From: Malacoraja senta
Taxonomy: Eukaryota
NCBI GenBank assembly: GCA_038087875.1
Contig: JAXLNO010001544.1
Coordinates: 62,001-110,082, forward strand
Length of the DNA stretch: 48,082 nt
Direction of reading: 5' to 3'
Shown here: in pieces, positions 1-10,811 of the stretch
How positions within the stretch are numbered: position 1 is the stretch's first letter
Layout of the letters: the number at the start of each line of letters is the position of its first letter
Translations under genes and position numbers: made by a program
Notes under the pieces: model-generated
The model's database searches: none
Told to the model about the DNA's origin: nothing
The model's input: the letters and a program-made list of their open reading frames with translations, nothing else

Positions 1-1418
1 CAAAAATGTGTCTAGAAATCAACTTTCGTGACCCATGTCTCAGAACTACATTAAATTTTGCACAGATTTAGATAAAATATAATTGAGAAGGAAGTCATAA
101 TTCGTCAGTGCCAAACGTTGCACATTAATGAATTAAACTAATTAGAAAATGAGATAAAAAAAGTAAGCACCATCTAGTGTCCAATGCCCATATTACACCA
201 TGGGGAGCCTAATTCCGTGATGCAGTCTATTTAAACTATATATTATTATACTCTTTACATATATATATAATTTGTGAATATGACTGTAATCATATATAAT
301 TATGTACAATTATATTATTTAAAAATAATATAATTGTGTGTGTTTTTTGAATGAGTGTCGCAGAGGTCCGGCTCGTGAACCAGCCTAATTAATGGGTGAG
401 GGCAGTTCTGCTGGGTTCCCCATTTACTGAACCCCACTGACTGCCGGTGTGCAGAGTGGAGGTCACGGCCATAGTGGGACTGGGGCAGTGCCAGGCTGGG
501 GCAAGGCTGAGGCATCTTCCACTGAGAGGAAAATGCCTAACCCTAACTCTAACTCGCCCCCCCCTTCCAGAGCTGCCCACGGCTGGAGCTGGAGCTGCTT
601 TGGGACCGGCTGCGGGCTCCGTACGTGTGGCCGCTCAGCGAGTCCACCTCGGCCAGCATGCCCTTCTGGATCATCATGGTGATGATGGTGAGGAGCAGCA
701 CTGCCTTGCACGCCGCCTGGGCCGCCTTCAGCACTCCCATAGCGCCGGCTCCGTCAGTCCGCCCGCTCGCTCGCTGCAATACCGGCTGGCTGACCCTACG
801 CAGCACTCACCGGCCTGCCGACTGCCCGACCGACCCCTCGCAGCATCCACTAGCGGGCCGACAGCCCGAGCGATCTTCCACAGCATCCATCGGCCTACCG
901 ACAAGCCCGACCGACCGGTTGACTGACCCTGACCCTGACCTTGACCCTGAACATGACCATGACCCTAACCCTGACCCTAACCCTAAACCTAGCTGTACAT
1001 TTGTTATTTATAATTTTTATTTAACAGTTTACATCCAAACTTTATATAGATAAATCAATTGAAAAATAGAATTATCAACAAGGTTAGCACTACCTTTATC
1101 CTTGGAAACCTTGTTATTGTTATTGATGTAATGAGGAGGCAGCCATGATCCCAGAGTCCTCGCTGCCTAGCGACCATAAAACAAAGCGCGGGATTGGTCA
1201 ATTTGCGTCCGACCTCAATGTCGAACGTGCATTGATTGGACAATTACTACTTGGAAAATTGGACATTTTTGTCATATTTAAACAAAATGTGCAGGTTTTG
1301 TTCTTGACGAGATTCAGGTATGATTTATATAATACTTTTATACAATATGTTAAAAATTAAGGTAGTTCTGTGAGTTGGGTCACGTACCTGAACGAAAAAG
1401 CTCCTCGGCCCACAGCCT
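1..1418. mobile_element. Unclassified insertion in copy A intron, probable non-autonomous DNA transposon
   Basis: Absent from the paralog. Imperfect inverted repeat 27-80 (CGTGACCCATGTCTCAGAACTAC) versus 1331-1384; GC/CpG-rich core 360-930; left end may lie outside the window. Confidence 0.45.
924..991 (+). repeat. Degenerate telomere-like hexamer array (CCCTGA/CCCTAA)n
   Basis: About 11 hexamer units read directly; a shorter CCTAACCCTAACTCTAAC tract lies at 536-555. Confidence 0.85.
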
Positions 1419-2405
1419 ATTGGGTATTGTCGCAATGTCTTTATGATTTGTAAATGTACATGGTGCGTCTGTTGATGGAGAGTGGGACATGCACTGCTCA
1501 TGAACAGGAATGTGAGAACACTACCATGTCTAACAATCCACTGAAGCTTCAGCTTCAGCTGTTTAACCTGAGAGGAGTTCAACCTCTGGATCTCTCCTGC
1601 TTTTGGCTGCTCAGAACCATCCTCTCTGGCCAAACATTTGGCCATCAGCTCCATTATTAGCACAACTACTTCAACTGTTCTCTGATAATGTCCACTTCAA
1701 GCTCCTTGGAGTGTTTAATCACAGTAAAGGCAGGTTCTTGTTTAATATAATGTCAGAATCCTTTCAAAAATCTCTCCCGATGACTTTGATGATAATCATT
1801 CCTAGTACTTCAGCTCCGCTGAACCTGCTGACTCCTGTGTGACATGGAGTGTGTGTGGTGTGTGTGTGCTTGTTGTTCCCATTTGCATGGAGTGTGTGTC
1901 CCAGATTAGAGATTGCAGTCGTTTCAGTGTGTGGAGAAGTTATATTTTTCTTATGAGTGTAGTTCCATCATGTCTCATCATCGCACTGAAAATATTCAGT
2001 ACTTGTTCTCCTGAACAATGAAGGGAGCTGCCAGGATTCCTGCTACAATCTTTCAGACCCTCTGCTCCGATTTATTTCCTCTCTCCCTTCAGTTGCCCGA
2101 CCACAGACTGACTGGGAGTTTCAGAGATGGGGAAACAAAGTCTGTTCTCAGGCTGCTCAACACCCCCTGCCAATGGGGTTTGTGTGAAGTGCCCAGCATT
2201 CTGTTCCTTTCATCTTCCTGATCCTCTGTCAATTATTTGCAGTGACTGCAATATTTTGCTTAACTTTACAATAACCTCCACTTCCTTCTGTGCACTTGAC
2301 ACCTGACTTTGTAGTTTTCAATAACACGAGTGGCCATGGTGACTGCAGTGAATTCTGAAGCCAGTTTTTTGATCAAAGTAACTGTTCGATTGTGTTCTGT
2401 TGTAG

Positions 2406-2447
2406 AATTCAGGAGATCATCAGGCAGATCCAAACGCCATCTACATG
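2406..2447 (+). CDS. Cytoplasmic exon 2 of paralogous receptor copy A
   Basis: tgttctgttgtag|AAT...TACATG|gtaaga; NSGDHQADPNAIYM; paralog of 19947-19988. Confidence 0.92.
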
Positions 2448-2537
2448 GTAAGAAAAGTTACATTTAAGACGTTGAAGCGTTTCGCTGACCACGAGTTGCT
2501 AAGCTGCTGTTTCCAACATTTCTTTGTTTTCTGCTAG

Positions 2538-2580
2538 GATTTGCAAAGACCCACTCAGTCGATCTACGGTCATCTCCGAG
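2538..2580 (+). CDS. Cytoplasmic exon 3 of copy A (ITAM second half)
   Basis: ttttctgctag|GAT...CGAG|gtacgt; DLQRPTQSIYGHLR; 90-nt upstream intron, the same length as in copy B. Confidence 0.92.
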
Positions 2581-3326
2581 GTACGTTCCAGTAACTGTTG
2601 CCAATGGCGCATCTGCACCATGTGATATCTGTCAACTGCTGCAGAAATGATGAGGATTCAGGCAGGAACGACAAGCGTGGAGATGGGCCGACAGGAGTTC
2701 AGTCTGACTACAAATTTGGTGCAGAGAGTAAATTAACACCCATCACTGAGTCGGATTATCTGGCTATGAACACACGTCCTTGAAATCCTGGTAACGCTGA
2801 GTATTTAATCCGGGTGAAGGGATCCAGTTCAAGTTAATTAATTCGTTAGAAATTTAGAAAATAAAAGTTAGAAATTAATTCATTATCCAATCTTGGTTTC
2901 AGATATGGTCTCTGACATTTCCTTATCAATCTAAACACAATATCCCATAATAAAAAAGCGAAAACAGGTGTTTAGAAATTTTTGCAAAGTAATTAAAAAG
3001 AAATAATTGAAATATCACATTTACATAAATATCCAGACCCTTTACTAAGTACTTTGTTGAGCACCTTTGGCAGCGATTACAACCATGTCTTCTTGGGTAT
3101 GACGCTACAAGCTTGGCACACCTGTATTTGGGTAATTTCTCCCATTCTTCTCTGCAGATCCCCTCAAGCTCTGTCAGGTTGGATGGGGAGCGTCAATGCA
3201 CAGCTATTTTCAGGGCCCTCCAGAGATGTTCGATCGGATTCAAGTCCGGGCTCTGGCTGGGCCACATAAGAACATTCACAGACTTGTCATGAAGCCACTC
3301 CTGCGTTGTCTTGGCTGTGTGCTTAA

Positions 3327-3681
3327 AGCTCTGTCCCACAGTACGTGTTCATTCCAAGAGCTCTCCCAAGTTAAAAAAAAATCAAACTCGTGGTGAGCAC
3401 GGAGAATGAACGTAGCGGGTACGTTGGAGCTCGGGGACGTCTCTTAGCGGCTCGTAACGTGAACGGCACGAACTCGGGAAGACTCGCTAATGGCAGATAA
3501 TCGGGAAGACTCGCTAACGACAGGTAAACACGGGAAGACTCGTGAAGATTTTTCAACATGTTGAAAAATGTCCACGAGAGCCCAGAGTACCGACGACTGG
3601 CCATTACCGTAAATCTCTGAGTTCGAATCAGGGCAAACGCGGGGGAGCTCTTGGAATGAACTTGTACTTTGGGACAGGGCT
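3327..3681. mobile_element. TTAA-flanked MITE (Kolobok/T2-like or PIF-Harbinger-like)
   Basis: TTAA at 3323-3326 and 3682-3685; ~40-bp TIRs AGC(T/C)CTGTCCCA(C/A)AGTAC..GTTCATTCCAAGAGCTC; internal CGGGAAGACTCG x3; central palindrome TTCAACATGTTGAA. Confidence 0.85.
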
Positions 3682-3838
3682 TTAAGGGTTGTTGTCCTGT
3701 TGGAAGGTAAACCTCCGCCCCAGTCTGAGGTCCAGAACGCTCTGGAGCAGGTTTTTATCAAGGATATCTCTGTACTTTGCTCCTTTCATCTTTTCCTCGA
3801 TCCTGACTATTCTCCAAGTTTTTGCCGCTAAAAAACAT

Positions 3839-5034
3839 GACTTTCAGAAGGCTTTCGACAAGGTACCACATAAGAGATTAGGATTCAAACTTAAATCACA
3901 CGGTATTGGGGGTTCAGTATTGATGTGGATAGAGAACTGGCTGGCAAACAAGAAGCAAAGAGTAGGAGTAAACGGGTCCTTTTCACAATGGCAGGCAGTG
4001 ACTAGTGGGGTACCGCAAGGCTCAGTGCTGGGACCCCAGCTATTTACAATTTATATTAATGATCTGGACGAGGGAATTGAAAGCAACATCTCCAAGTTTG
4101 CGGATGACACTAAGCTGGGGGGCAGTGTTAGCTGTGAGAAGGATGCTAGGAGACTGCAAGGTGACTTGGATAGGCTGGGTGAGTGGGCAAATGTTTGGCA
4201 GATGCAGTATAATGTGGATAAATGTGAGGTTATCCACTTTGGTGGCAAAAACGGGAAGGCAGACTATTATCTAAATGGTGGCCGATTAGGAAATGGGGAG
4301 ATGCAGCGAGACCTGGGTGTCATGGTACACCAGTCATTGACAGTAGGCATGCAGGTGCAGCAGGCAGTGAAGAAAGCGAATGGTATGTTGGCCTTCATAG
4401 CAAGAGGATTTGAGTATAGGAGCAGGGAGGTTCTACTGCAGTTGTACAGGGTCTTGGTGAGACCACACCTGGAGTATTGCGTACAGTTTTGGTCTCCAAA
4501 TCTGAGGAAGGACATTATAGCCATAGAGGGAGTGCAGAGAAGGTTCACCAGACTGATTCCTGGGATGTCAGGACTTTCATATGAAGAAAGACTGGATAGA
4601 CTTGGCTTATACTCGCTAGAATTTAGGAGATTGAGAGGGGATCTTATAGAAACGTACAAAATTCTTATGGGGTTGGACAGGCTAGATGCAGGAAGATTGT
4701 TCCCGATGTTGGGGAAGTCCAGGACAAGGGGTCACAGCTTAAGGATAAGGGGGAAATCCTTTAAGACCGAGATGAGGAAAAACTTTTTCACACAGAGAGT
4801 GGTGAATCTCTGGAACTCTCTGCCACAGAGGGTAGTTGAGGCCAGTTCATTGGCTATATTTAAGAGGGAGTTAGATGTGGCCCTTGTGGCTAAAGGGATC
4901 AGGGGGTATGGAGAGAAGGCAGGTACGGGATACTGAGTTGGATGATCAGCCATGATCATATTGAATGGCGGTGCAGGCTCGAAGGGCCGAATGGCCTACT
5001 CCTGCACCTATTTTCTATGTTTCTATGTTTCTAT
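3839..5034 (+). mobile_element. 5'-truncated CR1-clade LINE (HER1-like) with open RT C-terminal frame
   Basis: DFQKAFDKVPH, GVPQGSVLGP, FADDTK motifs; frame open to TGA at 4936; 3' tail (TTTCTATG)n; inserted into the Tc1. Confidence 0.96.
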
Positions 5035-5980
5035 CTCAACAGCATGATGCTGCCACCACCATGCTTCACAGTAGGTATGGTATTGGGCAGGTGATGAGCG
5101 GTGCCTGGATTCCTCCAGACATGATGCTTGGCTTTCAGGCCAAAGAGTTCAATCTTGGTTTCATCAGACCAGAGAATCTTGTTTCTCATGCCTTTTGGCA
5201 AACTCCAAGCGGGCTGTCATGTGCCTTTTACTGAGGAGTGGCTTCCGTCTGGCCAATCTACCATACTGGTGGAGTGCTGCAGATATAGTTGTCCTTCTGG
5301 AAGGTTCTCTCATCTTCACAGAGGAACTCTGGAGCTCTGTCAGTGACCATCGGGTTCTTGGTCACCTCCCTGACCAAGGCCCTTCTCCCCCGATTGCTCA
5401 GTTTGGCCGGGTGGCAAGCTCTATGAAGATTCCTGGTGGTTCCAAAGTTAAGAATGACTGAGGCCACTGTGCTCTTCAGGACCTGCAATGCTGCAGAGAT
5501 TGTTTTATACCCTTCCCAGATCTGTGTCTCGACACAATCCTGTCTCAGAGGTCTACGAACAATTCCTTCATCTTCATGGCTTGGTGTTTGCTCAGACATG
5601 TACTGTCAACTGGGGGACTTTATATAGACAGGTGTGTGCCTTTCCAAATCATGTCCAATCAATTTAATTTACCACTGGTGGACTCTAATCAAGTTGTAGA
5701 AACATCTCACGGATAATCAATGGAAACAGGATGAACCTAACCTCAATTTTGAGTGTCATAACAAAGGGTCTGAATACTTATGTAAATGTGATATTTCAGT
5801 TATGTATTTTTAATTACTTTGCAAAAATTTCTAAACACCTGTTTTCACTTTTTCATTCTGGGGTTTTGTGTGTAGATTGATGATAAAAAAAAAAGAATTT
5901 AATCCATTTTAAAATAAGGCTGTAACATAACAAAATGTGGAAAACGTGAATGGGTCTGAATACTTTCAGAATGCACTGTA

Positions 5981-6588
5981 GAAAATAGGTGAGTAGGCCA
6001 TTCAGCCCTTTGAGCCAGCACCGCCATTCAATATGATCTTGGTTGATCATCCAAAATCAGTACCCCATTCCACGTTTCTCCCCATATCCCTTGATTCCGT
6101 TAGACCCAAGAGCGATATCTAACTCTCTCTTGAATACATCCAGTGAATTTGCCTCCACTGCCTTCTGTGGCAGAGAATTCCACAGATTCACAACTCTCTG
6201 GGTGAAAATGTTTTTCCTCATATCAATCTTCTTCTTCCTCATGGCGTGCACAGCCAAAGTTGTAGGACAACTTGTTCTATTTGATCTTATTTAATTGTGC
6301 ATGCCGGGTTGATTGCATTCGTCGAAACAGGATGGACCACGTGAAGGTTGCAATCTTCCACCCCCTGCTATCAGTCCTAATTGCCCTACCCCTTATTCTT
6401 AAACTGTGACCTCTGGTTCTGGACACCCCCAACATCGGGAACATTTTTCCTGCATCTGTCCAATCCCTTTAGAATTTTATATATTTCTATAAGATACCCT
6501 CTCATCCTTCTAGATTCCAGTGAATATAAGCCCAGTCGATCCATTCTTTCATCATATGTCAGTCCCGCCATTCCAGGATTAACCTGAC
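5981..6588 (-). mobile_element. HER1/CR1 3' fragment, interrupted at ~6230-6364
   Basis: Reverse complement of the 4550-5020 region (RKNIFTQRVVNLWNSLP). Confidence 0.9.
6230..6364 (-). mobile_element. Short retroposon with (GAA)n tail, possibly RTE-related
   Basis: Interrupts HER1; (TTC)n at left end; no ORF. Confidence 0.5.
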
Positions 6589-6599
6589 TGTGATGGTCA

Positions 6600-7150
6600 G
6601 AGAGAAGCAACTTGGTCTGGTGGGGAATCTCGAAGGAGAGGTGCATTTGCTGGAACTTTCAGATTTGGAGCGTAGGAGTCTGAGGGGTGGTCGGTCTTAT
6701 TGTGGTGTTCAAGATGATGAGGGACATGGATAAAGTGAATGTTCACAGTCTTTTTCTTATGGTAGAGGATTGTAAAACTAAAGGGTATATGTTTGAGGTG
6801 AGAGGTGAGAACTTTTTGAGGGACCTTTAGAGGCACCTTTTTCATGCAGACATTAGTCCATTTCCCAAATGAGTTGCCTGAGAAAGCTATAGAATCCGAT
6901 ACAATTACGACTTTTAAAGAACATTTGGACAGATATTTGAATAGGTAAGGGTTTCGGCCCGAAACGTTGCCTATTTCCTTCGCTCCATAGATGCTGCTGC
7001 ACCCGCTGAGTTACTCCAGCATTTTTGTGTACCTTTGAATAGGTAAGGTTGAGAGGGCCAAATGCAGGTAAGTGGAATTAGCCGAAAATGACAACTTGGT
7101 TGGCATGGTCAAGGTGGGCTTAAGGGCCTGTTTCCATGCTATATAGCTCT
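6600..7150 (+). mobile_element. Old CR1 3' fragment containing an 83-bp Penelope-type insert
   Basis: CR1 C-terminal remnants; insert 6951-7033 flanked by TTTGAATAGGTAAGG at 6936-6950 and 7034-7048. Confidence 0.75.
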
Positions 7151-7422
7151 GTGACCATGAATTTAATATCCCATGGGGTTCAACATTATTCGAGAACAGA
7201 GATACATACCATAGATTGGGCCTGTGGTTAGACACTCAACGGAACAGTTCGGGCAATGTCTGGAACTGATTGGAACTCATGCATTGAAGCACAGAAAGTG
7301 CTGTATTATCACAAGGGGTCAGGCAGTATTTTGGAGAACATGAACAGATGACCCTTCATACTCATGCATTCTTCATTATTTTGCTTTGTGTAACTGGGTT
7401 TTGTTTAATTTTCTTTAAACAG

Positions 7423-7448
7423 GCAGCAAACAAGCATCCCACAGCTGA
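7423..7448 (+). CDS. Terminal coding exon of copy A
   Basis: ttctttaaacag|GC AGC AAA CAA GCA TCC CAC AGC TGA = (G)SKQASHS*; 3'UTR homologous to 16430-16543 (minus). Confidence 0.82.
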
Positions 7449-7579
7449 ACTGTCTCGGCGTCCTCGTTTAGGTGAAGGAAGATTGGATGATATCTGCACA
7501 GGCAGACACATCAGACATGTAAAGGTATAAGGCCCAGAGGTTCCATTCGCTTTATGTATGACACAAGAGACATTTATTA

Positions 7580-7800
7580 CAGGGCCGGCTTAACGCATGG
7601 GCACGCTGGGCAGTTGCCCGGGGCCCCAGGAGCACAGGGGCCCCATGCTAATCTATGTATTGTAGAATGTTATTGTAGAGCATGAAAACGGAGAAGAACA
7701 TCGCAAGTGCATGACGCCATATTGGATTCGGAATAAAGAAACTGGAATTGTAGGGGCCCCAGTGCACTGCGTTGCCCGGGAGCCTATAATGCTGTTAAGA
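7580..7800. mobile_element. hAT-like MITE in the 3' region of copy A
   Basis: Starts CAGGGCCGGCTTAAC; internal GGGGCCCC and TTGCCCGGG repeats; right end degenerate (GCTGTTAAGA). Confidence 0.6.
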
Positions 7801-8189
7801 TAGGTTTAATAGAAGGAGCATTTGGGATATGTGCATCAAGATAAAACATCCCTTTCCACATCATTCTCCCATTGATAGAAGTATAGGAAAAATAAGTGAC
7901 ATCTACATTGAAGCTGCTTGATTGGATGGCATGTATCAGCTAGCTAGTTGCTTCCCAAAGTAAGATAAGAATTTAAAGACAATCAAGTATATGGAGACTT
8001 TGCAATGGTTGTATAAACTTCCTCAAGTTATTGTTTACTGCTTTAAAATATTGCATTGATTGTTCAAATTGTTCAACTGCTTGAATATAGATGTTGCAGC
8101 TTTCTAATAAACATGCAGCTTAAACTATGAAACTATTTTTCAGATAATAGGAGAGGGCTGTGAAAATGTTGCATTGTGGTCCCTCTTCA

Positions 8190-8525
8190 ATATCGCCCCT
8201 CTCACCTTAAGCCAATGTCCTCCAGTTTTACAATCTGTACCATGGGGAAATAAACTGTGTTCACTTTATCCATGCCTCTTGTCATTTTACATACTTCAGA
8301 AAGATCACCCTTCAGCTTCCTATGCTCCAAAGGAAAAAGGTCACAGCCAATCCAGCTTCTCTTTATAACTTAGGCCTGCAAGGATCAGTGAAATCCTCAT
8401 GAATCTTCTGCACCTTCTCCAACGTAGTGACATCTTTCCAATAACTAGCGACTGGAACTGCACACTGTACTCCAAGTGTGGTCTCACCAATAACTTGTAC
8501 AGAAATTACATGATGTCCCAATTTT
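8190..8525 (-). mobile_element. Old CR1 fragment
   Basis: tactccaagtgtggtctcacc (RPHLEY on minus) motif. Confidence 0.75.
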
Positions 8526-8529
8526 TGTA

Positions 8530-10345
8530 TATGGTCAAGAATACTTTTGTAATGGTCAAGAGTTTGAAGAAAAAGGCATTGGACAGGTATAGGCAGCTGG
8601 GATCAAGTGTATCCCTGGAGGAGTTTCGGGAACTAAGTTAAAAAGGGAAACCAGAAGGGCAAAAAGGGGACAGGAGATCGCTCTGGTAGATAGCACTAAT
8701 GATAATCCCAAGAGATATTAAAAGCACATAAAAGGAAAAAGGGTAACCAGCGAAAGTGTGGGACCACTCAGGAATCAAAGTGGTCAATTCTGTGTGGAGC
8801 CACAGGAGATGAGCAAGGTCCTCAAGGAGTGTTTTTACCGTGGAGAAAGACAGGTGGATGGGGAACTTGGGGTAGTCACTGGAAGTGGCTTGAGAGCAGT
8901 CAGTTTTATGATCAATAGACAATAGGCAATAGGTGCAGGAGAAGGCCATTTGGCCCTTCGAGCCTGCACCGCCATTCAATGTGTTCATGGCTGATTATCC
9001 CAAATCCGTTCCTGCCTTCTCCCCATATCCCCTGACTCAGCTACCTTTAAGAGCACTATCTAGCTCTTGAAAGTATCCAGAGAACCGGCCTCCACCGCCC
9101 TCTGAGGCAGAGAATTCCACACTCACAACTCTCTGTGAGAAAAATTGTTTCCTCGTCTCCGTTCTATGTGGCCCCTGGTTCTGGACTCCCCCAACATGGG
9201 GAACATGTTGCAGAGGTGCTGAACGTTCCTGAAGCGTATGAAGATAGACAATTTCCCGGGCCTGATCAGTTATATCCTAGGACACTGTGGGAAACGAGGA
9301 ACCCTTGCAGAGACTTATGAATCATTCTTAAATACAGACGAGTTGCCAGAAGACTAGAGGGAGGCAAATGCTGTGCCTCTATTCAAGGAGGGCTGCAGGG
9401 AAAAGGATGGAAACTACAGGCCAGTGAGCTTAACATTTGTGGTTGGAAAGTTACTAGGGAGTATTCTGCGGGATACAATACGATATATATATATCTGCAC
9501 TTAGATGGACAGGGGCTGATTAGTGATAGTCAACAGGGTTTTGTACATGGGAGGTCATCGCCCGAATCTGTTTGAGTTATTTGAGGATGTGACCAAAAAG
9601 GTCGATGAAGGTAGAGCTGTGGACATTGTATACATTTATTTTAGTAAGGCATTTGACAAGGTACCGCATGGTAGGCTGCTCTAGAAGGTTAGATCCATTG
9701 GGATTCATGGAGATATCGATGAATGGATAGATAATTGACGTCATTGAAAGAAGCAGAGGGTGATGGTAGAGGGTTGTTTTTTCAGACTGGAGGCCTGTGA
9801 CTGGTGGTGTGCCTCAGGGTTTGCTGCTGGGCCCAATGCAGTTTGTCATCTGTATCAATGATTTGTACGAGAACGTGCATGGCATGGTTAGCTAGTTTGC
9901 AGATGACACAAAAGTGGGTGGTATTGTAGATAGTGAACAAGGTTATCAAAAGTTGCAGCACGATCTTGTTGATTGGGCAGGTGGACTGAGGATTTGTTGA
10001 TAGAATTTAATACAGAGAAATGTGAGGTGTTGCATTTGGGAACACTAACATGGGCAGAATCTACACAGTAAATTCTGTAATTGAAAGTTACTACACAGTA
10101 ACTTCACAGTAATTGAAAGTGGCATTACAAGTAGATAGGATGGTCAAAAAGGCTTTTGGCACATTGGCCTTCATCAGTTAGAGCACTGTATAGAAGTTGG
10201 GAGGTCATGTTGTACACGTATAAGACGTTGGTGAGGCTACATTTAGTGTATTGTCTCCAGTTTTGGGGAACATGTTATGGGAAAGATGTTATCAAGCTGA
10301 AAAAAGGCGCAGAGAAGATTTACGAGGATTTTGCCAGGACTCAAC
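8530..10345 (+). mobile_element. Degenerate CR1 LINE (linker plus RT) with HER1 3' end inserted antisense at ~8914-9215
   Basis: FSKAFDKVPHGRL, GVPQG, FADDTK, VRLHLVYC remnants with stops and frameshifts. Confidence 0.88.
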
Positions 10346-10811
10346 GAAAGCTTGGGACTACATAATAAAGTTGTAGTCTTGATCTCCCAACCTACCTCAC
10401 AAGCGGCCCTTGTACTATTTTATTGGACTTTCTTTGATTCTGTAACACTATATTCTGTACTCTTGATATTTTTGCACTCCCTGTTGTACTTGTGCCTAGT
10501 GTGATTGTACTCATGTGTGGTATGATTTGCCTGGATAGCACACAAAACTGTTTTTCACTGTATCTCAATACACGGGTTAATAATAAACTAATATCAATGC
10601 AAATGTGTGTAGGGCCAGGGAGATGATGTCTGCCAAGGATCTGTTTTGTTGCTGGGTGAATTGTAATGGATCAATTCTGTTTTTGCCAGCATACATCTAA
10701 CTCTAATTAACCTTTGCAAGCTCTTGTCTAACACTGTTAAACTTAGCCTTGCCCTAATTTAAAACTTAAATTGTGATCAGATCAGTTCTTTTCCATAACT
10801 ATTTTAAAACA

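Larger units (their letters stand above)
1419..2900 (+). repeat. Paralogous block (copy A introns and exons), inverted homolog of ~22480-23390 plus ~19520-20040
   Basis: For example ttgggtattgtcgcaatgtctttatgatttgtaaatgtac (~1420) matches the reverse complement of 23345-23387. Copy B carries ~2.4 kb of extra TE insertions at ~20040-22480. Confidence 0.88.
2924..5978 (-). mobile_element. Tc1 DNA transposon (degenerate), interrupted by a MITE and a CR1 LINE
   Basis: Ends ...GAATGCACTG|TA at 5978; the other TIR is truncated. Transposase remnants on minus (RRALVREVTKNPMVT; [11 protein letters not shown]). Same family as 11027-12639. Confidence 0.92.

Noticed and set aside
924-991. Telomere-like array as a chromosome end, fusion site or integrated herpesvirus repeat
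   Set aside because: Short, degenerate and internal to an insertion; no viral ORFs recognised nearby.
2093-2200. Strong-looking acceptor (ctctctcccttcag) conserved in both paralogs as an extra exon
   Set aside because: The paralogs differ by a 2-nt indel just downstream, no good donor follows, and the reconstructed frame is complete without it.
3689-4936. Longest ORF (415 aa) as a host gene
   Set aside because: It is a chimera of antisense Tc1 sequence read into a 5'-truncated CR1 reverse transcriptase.
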